A stretch of 64,000 bases of DNA from the IMG/VR virus record IMGVR_UViG_3300045051_000720, positions 1-64,000 of that record; one strand, given 5' to 3'. The position numbers were made by a program, and so were the translations under genes. Positions 56,490 through 64,000 of the stretch are shown here, piece by piece. Positions within the stretch are counted from its first letter, which is position 1. Each line of letters opens with the position of its first letter. The notes under the pieces were generated by a model, which did no database searches, was not told the origin of the DNA, and was given only the letters and a program-made list of their open reading frames with translations.

Positions 56490-57740
56490 TCAAGGGGTCG
56501 GGTGTAGGGTACAAAGCATGTGTTGCTGGTCCCGCCACAGCGCGGGGTCGTCAATCAGATCGGCAGTGTTCGCGGCGAGGGAGTCGATGAACTGCCCAGC
56601 GGCGAGGTGGGCATATGAGATCGCAACCTTCCCACCCGACAAGATGTATTTGTTCGTCTTGAACCTCACTCTCCCATTCTGGGCGAGTTGACCAACGATG
56701 TCAAGCCTGTTCTCGGGGGTGTCGGGGCGGTTGGTATAGGTCAGGACAGACCCTATCCAGTCATCGCGCGTGGGGTCGCGCTGGACCCCCACAGTGACAT
56801 GATCGAAGTACCGGAACCGGATGTCCGCGATTTTCTTCTCGTCAGTCTCCCGCGTGTAAAACGCATGATTCGCCGCGAACAGCGCGCGGATGGAGTCTGC
56901 GTATCCTACCTCTACCTCACCCAGTTCGTGGCTATAGGTCAGGATGGACGGGCGCGCTTGCTGGAGCAGGCCGAGGTCAATCGGAGCCTTGGTGACGATG
57001 TGGATCTTGCGGCCCGTCTGGAGAACCTGTACCAGCACGTCCATGTTGTGCTCGTGGTCCATGCGGACCGTGATGGGCAGGTCGGGGAGAAATGAAGGCG
57101 CGGGTACCGTATTGGGCACCAGCTCAAGCAGCGTGTGGGAGTAGAGTGGGCCGATGGAGAGAGTCGAGAAGGGGAACTGCTCACCGATGCCAAGGAGGCG
57201 CAACACCGCGTTGGCGACTTGTTCGGGGGGGATCAAATCGATGGTCTTCGGCACCTCCTGCTGGACAAAGGTGGGTCGCCCTCCGTTGCGGTGCGAGACC
57301 AGCAACACGGTCTTGCTCACGTCACACCAGTAGGGGCCGTGGGCCGAGGGGTCCGTGGACCCATACAGGGCGACCAAAGGACGATGAAACGCGCCTGCCA
57401 AGTGTGCGAGCCAGCTGTCGGTTCCCATATGGCACAGCGCGCGCTTGAGGATGAAGGCAGACTGGAGGTACGTCGTCTTGCCGCGCAGGTCGTGGGTGCC
57501 GTTCACCATGGGGTCATCATTCCCGCCCAACAACACGATCCCAATCCGGTTAGCATCCAGCATGGGTTTGAGCAGGCTAACGACCTCCAGCCAGTACGTG
57601 TACATCTTCGCCCCTTGCTTCGAGCCCGTCTGGAGCGTGATGTAGCGGTCGTGCGGCTGGGGGTAGAAGGCCTCCATGATAGAGGGTTGGTCGAGGAGGA
57701 GGCCCGTGCTGCGGGCATAGGTGGAGGCGAGCTTCGTCAT
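56490..57740 (-). CDS. GT9 (heptosyltransferase-like) C-terminal half plus unknown domain
   Basis: YITLQTGS...K.Y..W, LRGKTT, GTDSWLAHLAGAF..PLVALYG. Confidence 0.75.
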   Translation of the reverse strand: MTKLASTYARSTGLLLDQPSIMEAFYPQPHDRYITLQTGSKQGAKMYTYWLEVVSLLKPMLDANRIGIVLLGGNDDPMVNGTHDLRGKTTYLQSAFILKRALCHMGTDSWLAHLAGAFHRPLVALYGSTDPSAHGPYWCDVSKTVLLVSHRNGGRPTFVQQEVPKTIDLIPPEQVANAVLRLLGIGEQFPFSTLSIGPLYSHTLLELVPNTVPAPSFLPDLPITVRMDHEHNMDVLVQVLQTGRKIHIVTKAPIDLGLLQQARPSILTYSHELGEVEVGYADSIRALFAANHAFYTRETDEKKIADIRFRYFDHVTVGVQRDPTRDDWIGSVLTYTNRPDTPENRLDIVGQLAQNGRVRFKTNKYILSGGKVAISYAHLAAGQFIDSLAANTADLIDDPALWRDQQHMLCTLHPTP

Positions 57741-59701
57741 AAGACCTCCTTTATCGTCACATCAAACGCTGGCTCAGGCTGGCTGAGGTAGGTGAGGGGC
57801 ATGCGTTGAGTCTGTGAGGCCGTGTGGTAGAACACATCGAACAGCCGCTGGCCTTGACCCTGTCCGATCATCAGCAGCTCGTTCTCCATCGGCGGGATGT
57901 AGGGAAGGACCTTATAGACGTGCTCGTTGCCAGCAAGCAGCTCGTGATACTGAGGGTCAGTGGCGACATACAGGTCGGTGTCGGGGTGTTGCTGATGGAA
58001 CGATTTGAACAGCGCCGTGCAGATGAGCACGTCGCCCGCGCTTTCCTTGATGACCATCAGCCCGCGTTTGCGGCCGGTATTGTCAAGGAGCGAGGCGAAA
58101 TCCGTGTTTCCCGCGCCAGTCCATCCGTTCTTCTGATTCTCCTGCTGGGCGACCTGTCGGAAGTAGGCGTAGATCTGGTCGCGGGGCATACCGGCTTTCA
58201 GTTTATCTTCCCAATGGCGCTGGCCCTCCCCGTCCAGCCGCTCGTCCATCAGCAGGATGCCCTTGTAGAGGGCCTGTACGAAATCGGCATCGTTGCCACC
58301 CACAGGCATCGGTAACGCGTCGTTCTTGCGCGCCGGGCGGGTGATGTCAATCGATGACCAGTCCGGCATGGGGAGACTATCAAACAGCTTCTCCCACTGC
58401 GCACCGATTGCTTCGATCCCAAAGGTCTTGATGGCCCAGTCGCGCCCGCGCTCGCCCGCCATTTCCAACGCGCGTTTGGGTTGACGTACGTGTGACCGCA
58501 TGAAGGCGGTGATGTCACTCACCTTGTTCGCGGCCTTGATGAAGTTGGTGCCCGGCTCGTCGTAGGGAGCCCAGCCGATGGGTGTGACGAACCCCTGCGT
58601 TTCGTCGGTACAGAAATCCTCGCCGCAGGAGTAGTTGGTACAGGCCAGTGGTTTGCCGCACAGGAGGGACTGAACCGAATGGTACTCCTGCCCGCCGCTG
58701 GTGAACACGCTCAAGCAGGCGTCGCTCAGTCCATATATCAACCGCATCTGGTCACTCGGCACGCCGTTCGTGATGGTGGCCGTAGACACGGCCTTGTCTG
58801 TGCCGCACGCCGGGCACTTGAGATCCTCACCGCCGAACGGGGCCACATACCACGATCCGCACGCACGGCACACGTAGGTACAGAGCATCTCGCTGGGGGG
58901 TACCCCATAAAACGCTGCCATCTTGGGCAGGTCCCACCCGACCTGTTTCTCGCTGAACGAGGTGTGAAAATGCAGCGCCGCGCGGATGTTGGGATGGTCG
59001 GCACGGAATCGCGCGTAGGCTTCGAGCACGCGGCTGGCGGACTTCCGCAACTGGTTGCGGAAGACGAAGAGGAAGATGACGGTCTCGGGTGGGATGCCAA
59101 ACCGCTTGCGCAGATCGATACGCTCCGCCTCAGTGATGGGTGAGAACAGCTGCGTGTCCATCGCGCCGTAGATGGAATCGACATGATTCATCGCCGCGCC
59201 GCCAGCTCGCCGCATCTCGCGCGCTGCGAACTTGGCCCACGTCAGATAGGTTTTCGACCGCTTAGCCTGCTCATAGGCCTGCTCAAGCACCGGCACCGAA
59301 TCGACGGTGGTGTGGTGAATGGAATTGATGCGGCTGTACCACGGCTTGTCGGCATAGTGCGCGAGGGAATGACTCCATACGTCGTCCGACCCAATCCAGA
59401 TCGTCGGCTTCCACTCCTTGACTACCGCGTCGATGTTAACCGATCCATACGATGCATCCCGCGCGAGCGCGGGGTCGGCATTGATCTGGGCTACCAGATT
59501 GGGGTCGGGCGGGATGCATCCGAACGATCGCCACGGGGTGAGTCCCAGCTGTGGGTGGTTCGTCGGCGTACCTTGGGTGCAGTAGTGGGCTATGGTATGG
59601 CCGCGCTTGTGGAGGTAGCTGAGCAACGTACGGGCATTCTCAGCCAATCCGGTTTTGAGCCAGCACGGATTGGTCTGAAGCAGGATGCGGTGCGAGGCCA
59701 T
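57737..59701 (-). CDS. multidomain glycosyltransferase (GT-B/GT4-like + Zn ribbon + GT9 N-terminal half)
   Basis: KTGLAENARTLL, FLFVFRNQLRK, GGQEYHSVQSLLCGKP, CRAC..CPAC, ESAGDVLICTALFK. Confidence 0.8.
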   Translation of the reverse strand: MASHRILLQTNPCWLKTGLAENARTLLSYLHKRGHTIAHYCTQGTPTNHPQLGLTPWRSFGCIPPDPNLVAQINADPALARDASYGSVNIDAVVKEWKPTIWIGSDDVWSHSLAHYADKPWYSRINSIHHTTVDSVPVLEQAYEQAKRSKTYLTWAKFAAREMRRAGGAAMNHVDSIYGAMDTQLFSPITEAERIDLRKRFGIPPETVIFLFVFRNQLRKSASRVLEAYARFRADHPNIRAALHFHTSFSEKQVGWDLPKMAAFYGVPPSEMLCTYVCRACGSWYVAPFGGEDLKCPACGTDKAVSTATITNGVPSDQMRLIYGLSDACLSVFTSGGQEYHSVQSLLCGKPLACTNYSCGEDFCTDETQGFVTPIGWAPYDEPGTNFIKAANKVSDITAFMRSHVRQPKRALEMAGERGRDWAIKTFGIEAIGAQWEKLFDSLPMPDWSSIDITRPARKNDALPMPVGGNDADFVQALYKGILLMDERLDGEGQRHWEDKLKAGMPRDQIYAYFRQVAQQENQKNGWTGAGNTDFASLLDNTGRKRGLMVIKESAGDVLICTALFKSFHQQHPDTDLYVATDPQYHELLAGNEHVYKVLPYIPPMENELLMIGQGQGQRLFDVFYHTASQTQRMPLTYLSQPEPAFDVTIKEVL

Positions 59702-59712
59702 AGGGTAGCCCC

Positions 59713-59741
59713 ATCCTAGCCTCCCCACAGCGTCGCGTCAA
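59713..59741 (-). promoter_or_regulatory. sigma70 promoter TTGACG-17-TAGGAT
   Basis: 17-nt spacing, 11 nt before ATG 59701. Confidence 0.65.
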
Positions 59742-59752
59742 CGACTAGACAC

Positions 59753-59778
59753 AAAAAAGCCCACCGCGCGGGTGGGCT
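59753..59778 (-). terminator. rho-independent terminator
   Basis: AGCCCACC/GGTGGGCT stem plus U tract. Confidence 0.8.
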
Positions 59779-59803
59779 AGTGTGGGTTAGGTGGGTTAGT
59801 CGA

Positions 59804-60493
59804 TTAGAACGGCGGGGTGTTATCGGGTACCTCTTCGCCGCCTTCGGCACCCTCGGAAGAGGGTTCACTAGCAGTTTCCTGCGCTGCGGGAGCAGAGGCC
59901 GTAACCCGTTTCGGTGCGGCGGCGTTGACCACCTTGCAGAAGCCCTTCAACTTCTCCTCAAAGAACTCATCGATCGCGCCTGTGTCGCTCACGTCCTTCC
60001 CCTTCAGCTTGACCTTGGGGATGGGCGGGAGGTCTTTCTTGGGGTCGAACAATCCGCGCACCAGCTCGTTGTGTTGTCGCAGGGCAACCGAGGCAAAGCC
60101 ACGCTTGTCCACCGCATCGGGTTTCGGCTTGCTCTGATACAGCCCGATCTCGATGTCATCAAACGACTTGAGCGCGAGGAGGGCGTTGAACAGATTACGC
60201 CCGAGGAACGTGTAACCCACCGAGACGAAGTACACATCGTCGCCGTCTTGGATGGTCAGGTTGAGCGACTTGATCAGCTCGCCGTTGTGCGTGTGCTCCT
60301 TGAGCCGGGCGTCAATCAGATTGCCTGAGACGCGCTGGGCGGTGGCATCCTTGCCCTTGAGCACGGCGTACTTGCCGTCTTCGCCCTTCTTGGAGACCTC
60401 GAAAATCGGGGCGGGGAGGTCTTTGGTTTTGATCTTGAAGCTGTAAAGGACCGAGTTAGGTCCGAAGGAACGTGAGCCGGAGCCGAACGCCAT
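59804..60493 (-). CDS. single-stranded DNA-binding protein-like
   Basis: beta-rich core and acidic tail ending DNTPPF. Confidence 0.55.
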   Translation of the reverse strand: MAFGSGSRSFGPNSVLYSFKIKTKDLPAPIFEVSKKGEDGKYAVLKGKDATAQRVSGNLIDARLKEHTHNGELIKSLNLTIQDGDDVYFVSVGYTFLGRNLFNALLALKSFDDIEIGLYQSKPKPDAVDKRGFASVALRQHNELVRGLFDPKKDLPPIPKVKLKGKDVSDTGAIDEFFEEKLKGFCKVVNAAAPKRVTASAPAAQETASEPSSEGAEGGEEVPDNTPPF

Positions 60494-60549
60494 GGTAGTA
60501 GGGGATTAGGTGTGGTTGATGGTGACGATGAGGCGGGATGCCTCCCAAG

Positions 60550-60557
60550 GTGTATTC
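60550..60557 (+). promoter_or_regulatory. late-promoter variant GTGTATTC within a CCAAGGTGT direct repeat
   Basis: upstream of the only plus-strand gene in this block. Confidence 0.35.
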
Positions 60558-60572
60558 CAAGGTGTCAACCAC

Positions 60573-60601
60573 ATCATAGTCGGGTTGACTAGGCTTGTCA
60601 A
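60573..60601 (-). promoter_or_regulatory. sigma70 promoter TTGACA-17-TATGAT
   Basis: near-perfect consensus upstream of SSB-like gene. Confidence 0.75.
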
Positions 60602-60804
60602 CTCCTTTTCCTATAGAGCAGTCAGACTACTTGAGGCAGCACCAAGCAGAACACGCTGCCGTTGAGGTACACAAATGGTACCTCAGCGAGCGCGCTGGTC
60701 GGGACGTAGGGTGGGAATACGCCAACTGGAGCTGGGTTATGCACGGCCACCGTTCGCGTTGGCGTCGTGTTTACCAACAGAGTGGCAGCCAAACCCACGC
60801 CTGA
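60595..60804 (+). CDS. DUF4032-like small protein
   Basis: AE...HKWYLSERAGRDVGWEYA..W...HRSRWR pattern. Confidence 0.6.
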   Translation: MSTPFPIEQSDYLRQHQAEHAAVEVHKWYLSERAGRDVGWEYANWSWVMHGHRSRWRRVYQQSGSQTHA

Positions 60805-60861
60805 GTATCGCTGACCAGATAAGCAACCCGCACGTAGCTCGCACGGAGGATGGCGCGTAGC

Positions 60862-61272
60862 TTAGTCATCATTGCCCCAATCCACTTTTATTCCCTTTGC
60901 GGCGAGTGTCTTCACGCTTTCCTCGCGCTGCTGCTCGGGGTGCTTTTTACCATGGCGGCGTTTGGAATAGCGGTCGAAATAGGCTTGTCGCACGGGGTCG
61001 GTGCCATCCTTATCCTGCCGCTTGAGCGATAGCTCCTTGGCGCGATCCCAAAGGTCCCCAACGCACCCGCCCTTGCCCGTCGCCTTGACGAAATCCTTGG
61101 CCGAATAAGGGTCGACCTTCGTATCGACCATCGCGCGCGGCTTGGTCCATTCGCGCTTCCACTGACCTTTCTGGTCACCCTTAGGCCCGGCGTAGACCTT
61201 GTCGTCGTTCATATGAAACACGACTTCGTGTACCTCGCCGGTCTTGACGTGGGAGAATAGATAGATGGGCAT
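60862..61272 (-). CDS. FmdB-like regulatory protein lacking Cys ligands
   Basis: MPIYLF...TGEVHEV start. Confidence 0.55.
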   Translation of the reverse strand: MPIYLFSHVKTGEVHEVVFHMNDDKVYAGPKGDQKGQWKREWTKPRAMVDTKVDPYSAKDFVKATGKGGCVGDLWDRAKELSLKRQDKDGTDPVRQAYFDRYSKRRHGKKHPEQQREESVKTLAAKGIKVDWGNDD

Positions 61273-61469
61273 CAGAAAAGCAGAACCTCACCCTTGCTCG
61301 TGGCGATGGACACGAGGCTTTGACCCTTCGCCTTGGACCACATGCGCTCCGCCAACACCCGCCGTTTGGTCGGCGTGGGGTAGTTTGACCTCACTGCCGG
61401 GTCGCGATCCAACCGCACGAGATACGCAGCCTTGTGTTCACTATCGCGCGGCGTGGGGTAAGACGACAT
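61272..61469 (-). CDS. hypothetical protein
   Basis: 65 aa downstream of consensus promoter. Confidence 0.55.
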   Translation of the reverse strand: MSSYPTPRDSEHKAAYLVRLDRDPAVRSNYPTPTKRRVLAERMWSKAKGQSLVSIATSKGEVLLF

Positions 61470-61476
61470 CTAATCT

Positions 61477-61505
61477 ATGGTAGCCTCAGCGCGGGCTGGT
61501 GTCAA
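61477..61505 (-). promoter_or_regulatory. sigma70 promoter TTGACA-17-TACCAT
   Basis: 17-nt spacing, 7 nt before ATG 61469. Confidence 0.65.
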
Positions 61506-61999
61506 CAAGCCATAGGGGGTTGGTCGTTGACCTTGGGAGCCGGAGCGGCGTCGCCGCCCTTGTTGGGCCGCTTGGTGTCCTTCTCGACCTTTCTGAACGA
61601 CAGAGGCCATTTGGCGAGGCCAGTCTGAGGGTCCGTCACCACCTCTATCTCGCCCATCATCCATGGCATCTCGTCGAGCGGGGGTTTCTTCCCATTGTCC
61701 ATCGAATCGGGGTTGGGCGACGAGGCGGGGCCTCCCTTGTCAGGATTCGGGAGAGGCGGGTCACCCGCCTGCTTCTCGCGCTTCTTGATGTCGCTATCGA
61801 TGGGTTCTTTGACGATAGCATACTCGTCATCACCCGCGCGCACGATATAGGCGGCCTTGGCTTTGTGATCACGCCAAGTGGACATGCAGATAGCAACGGC
61901 CTGACCCTCGTGGTCCTTATACTCGTCGTAGATGGTCGAAACACATCTCGATACAAAGGCCTTCTTCGACTCGTCCTTACGCGGTGATGGAATAGGCAT
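61502..61999 (-). CDS. hypothetical protein (MPIP.P...E....FVSRC N-terminal phage motif)
   Basis: small N-terminal two-Cys helical motif, Pro-rich tail. Confidence 0.6.
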   Translation of the reverse strand: MPIPSPRKDESKKAFVSRCVSTIYDEYKDHEGQAVAICMSTWRDHKAKAAYIVRAGDDEYAIVKEPIDSDIKKREKQAGDPPLPNPDKGGPASSPNPDSMDNGKKPPLDEMPWMMGEIEVVTDPQTGLAKWPLSFRKVEKDTKRPNKGGDAAPAPKVNDQPPMAC

Positions 62000-62059
62000 A
62001 TAAAAAGCCCCCGCTCGGCGCGGGCCAAGAGGGGGCGAAGGAGTTAGGTTGGGTCAACC

Positions 62060-62626
62060 TTAGATCGCACCAAACGCATGGTCGGTCGAGTACCAACGCG
62101 CGCCATAGGCGAGGAAGTTGAATGTCATGCCGCCCGTGAGGGTCGACGCGACAGACACACCTACCGAAGACGCCGCCGTCGCGCCTGCGTTAACAATCAG
62201 GTCAGCCGCGTTGGCACAGCGGATGGTCGCCGTACCAGTCGTGGCCGTCTTGATCGTAACCGTCTTGCCCTGCATGTTGGCGGTCGGAGGAAGCGTGTAG
62301 ATGACCGGCGCGAACCCGGACAGCAGCACGAAGTTTTCCGCGATGCCAGTGAAGTTGCTCGTCAGCGGGCCGACGCCGCTGAAGGAGGGCAGCGCGGCAA
62401 TCCAGCGGCCCGTTGTGGGCGTAGAGAGGACGTTGATGTTATCTACCGTCGCAGTCGACGATGCCGAGAAGTAGTAAAGGTTGGCGCCACCGTCGTTGGG
62501 GGTGTTCGTTCCAAGGGTGCGAACCACAGCGTTCTCACCAAGGGTTGCAACACTGATGGCGGCTAGGGCGGCATTGGTGGCAACCGCGCCATTGGGGAGA
62601 GCAGAGATGGGGACGATAGTAGCCAT
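62060..62626 (-). CDS. virion accessory protein with tailspike N-terminal-type domain
   Basis: VRTLG...NDGGANLYYF...D...TGRW; late motif upstream. Confidence 0.55.
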   Translation of the reverse strand: MATIVPISALPNGAVATNAALAAISVATLGENAVVRTLGTNTPNDGGANLYYFSASSTATVDNINVLSTPTTGRWIAALPSFSGVGPLTSNFTGIAENFVLLSGFAPVIYTLPPTANMQGKTVTIKTATTGTATIRCANAADLIVNAGATAASSVGVSVASTLTGGMTFNFLAYGARWYSTDHAFGAI

Positions 62627-62650
62627 GGAAGTAAGAGGGGTTGTCCATCG

Positions 62651-62658
62651 CTATACAC
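62651..62658 (-). promoter_or_regulatory. putative late promoter GTGTATAG
   Basis: 24 nt upstream of ATG 62626. Confidence 0.7.
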
Positions 62659-62681
62659 CCGCGCTCGCGCGGTTTATGCCG

Positions 62682-62969
62682 CTAGGGATAGAGTTCTATC
62701 CCGTAGGGTAGCTCGACTACGTAGGATGCATGGAACCGCTCCTTGCCATCCGCCGCGAAATAGATGCACTCCTGATTGTTGTGGAAGGTCTCAAACCCCT
62801 TCTGGCTACCCCGACTCCACCACGTGTTGCTATTAGCCTTTAGCCACGCCTCGAAGGCGTTTGCTGCCGCCTTGTAGTCGGGAGTTAAAAGCAAGGTATC
62901 GCCGTCCCCACCCTCGGCTAGGCAGGCCTGTTCGAGGGCGAGGAAGATGGTGGGGAGGGTGGTTGACAT
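62682..62969 (-). CDS. hypothetical protein
   Basis: MSTTLP start overlapping endonuclease 3' end. Confidence 0.55.
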   Translation of the reverse strand: MSTTLPTIFLALEQACLAEGGDGDTLLLTPDYKAAANAFEAWLKANSNTWWSRGSQKGFETFHNNQECIYFAADGKERFHASYVVELPYGIELYP

Positions 62970-63847
62970 GGGGTTGAATTGAGCCATTTGTCTCTGATGG
63001 CGAGAACGGTTTCTGTTGTAAAAGCCACCCCACCTACATTGGTTGGGTTGTATTGCCTAAGATAGGCTATAAATTTATCGTATTTCCTTGACATTCTGAT
63101 AGTTGCATCAGAGTAAAGATAGTCTAAAAACACTATGGACCCTCGGGTTGACAGTTTTATATCTTTAGCTCGGCTATGGGAGTAACCATGCAAACGGGGT
63201 TTGACCCCTAATCGTTGTTCAATAAATGTTTGAACTCCTTCACAAAAATATGGAGAACCCGTAATTGAAACCCCTATTTTTCTATCTTTGGTATTAAAAT
63301 ATACGCTTCCATCTCCGTCGAATACTCCTCTTAAAAAATGAGACATCAAATCTCTAGGTACCTGCTGTTCGCTTGGAAACTGGAGAATGAGTGACTTGGC
63401 CGGTACGCATCCTAATTTACTAAGAGCATCGCTAATTTTTCGGCTGTAAATAGCCAGTACATACTTTTGCTTATGGAAAGGTTTACGTTTTGCCGGTTGA
63501 TGTAAATTTTGTGGAGAACCCATGGCACGCGCCATTTCAATAAGTAGGTATTGGTCGGGTTCGCACAACTGAAGTGTCAATCCCTCACGATTATTACATC
63601 CGTCCGAATACATCAGCCCTAAAAAATAAGCCTTTTCCGGATCGTCAATACGATCAAAATACGTTTCATTACACGATCTAAACCTAGAAGTGCGACTAAC
63701 ATATGAATCATATTTCTTGAGGATATTTCTTATCTGATCTTCGGTCACGCCATAGTCTTTCGCTATGTCAGACGGCTTCCTATGTCCGTTGACATGAGCA
63801 TCTATGATTCTTGGATGCTGCGATGGAAGTATTTTGACGTTTGGCAA
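62918..63847 (-). mobile_element. free-standing double-motif LAGLIDADG homing endonuclease
   Basis: FLGLMYSDGC and FLRGVFDGDG motifs; very AT-rich. Confidence 0.88.
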
Positions 63848-63848
63848 G

Positions 63849-64000
63849 TTACAAATCTTTTAGCAAAATGTCTACGGCTTGTGCATAGGTGTGGTTTTGC
63901 AGTTCCAAACCTGCCTTGTTTAATCCCGTTTTCGCCCGTCGTTCAGCCTCCTCAAAACCCGCTATGATGTCGTCATCACCCGCTACGAATAAGTTGCCTA
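63849..64000 (-). CDS. 3' end of a gene entering from the right edge (possibly glycosyltransferase)
   Basis: hand-translated GNLFVAGDDDIIAGFEEAERRAKTGLNKAGLELQNHTYAQAVDILLKDL*. Confidence 0.4.
   Translation of the reverse strand, partial: GNLFVAGDDDIIAGFEEAERRAKTGLNKAGLELQNHTYAQAVDILLKDL

Noticed and set aside
1-64000. CRISPR array, tRNA/rRNA genes, DGR cassette, integrase/att site
   Set aside because: No regularly spaced repeats, cloverleaf-sized intergenic elements, reverse transcriptase or recombinase found by eye; intergenic gaps are short and explained by promoters and terminators
1-64000. Stop-codon reassignment
   Set aside because: Structural genes are full length under the standard code and TAG, TGA and TAA all terminate genes

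Overview
Tailed-phage DNA (no host genes, rRNA, tRNA or CRISPR seen) that appears to consist of two blocks. Left block (1 to ~12.9 kb, all minus strand, dense ATGA/GTGA gene overlaps) looks like a small temperate-type phage: replication initiator, PAPS-reductase-like PP-loop enzyme, RecE-like nuclease plus RecT, a C5-methyltransferase hit by a PD-(D/E)XK homing endonuclease, a membrane/lysis cluster and a tail fibre with an S74 chaperone. Right block (~12.9-64 kb) is the morphogenesis region of a larger siphovirus-like phage: phage sigma factor, ERCC4 nuclease, TerL, portal, protease-scaffold, decoration protein, MCP, three tail-tube-like paralogues, lambda-like H-M-L-K-I-J tail tip genes, five more free-standing homing endonucleases, a Rad52-like protein, a second C5-MTase, glycosyltransferases and an SSB-like protein. 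A PVC/Verrucomicrobia host is a weak inference (DUF4032-like gene, C-rich leaders without Shine-Dalgarno). Most notable observations: (1) an Acb1-like 2H phosphoesterase domain embedded in the prohead protease-scaffold polyprotein; (2) a methyltransferase locus with two ~550-codon same-strand frames starting at overlapping ATG/GTG codons, one carrying motifs I-VIII and X, the other eight W-x-T repeats and motif IX; (3) a GTGTATA(G/A) late-promoter regulon with a candidate Zn-insert sigma factor; (4) a coiled-coil unimolecular-spanin-like lipoprotein; (5) a GT9 split across two coupled genes; (6) a free-standing copy of the tape-measure core. All family assignments are from motif recognition by eye; no database searches were run.
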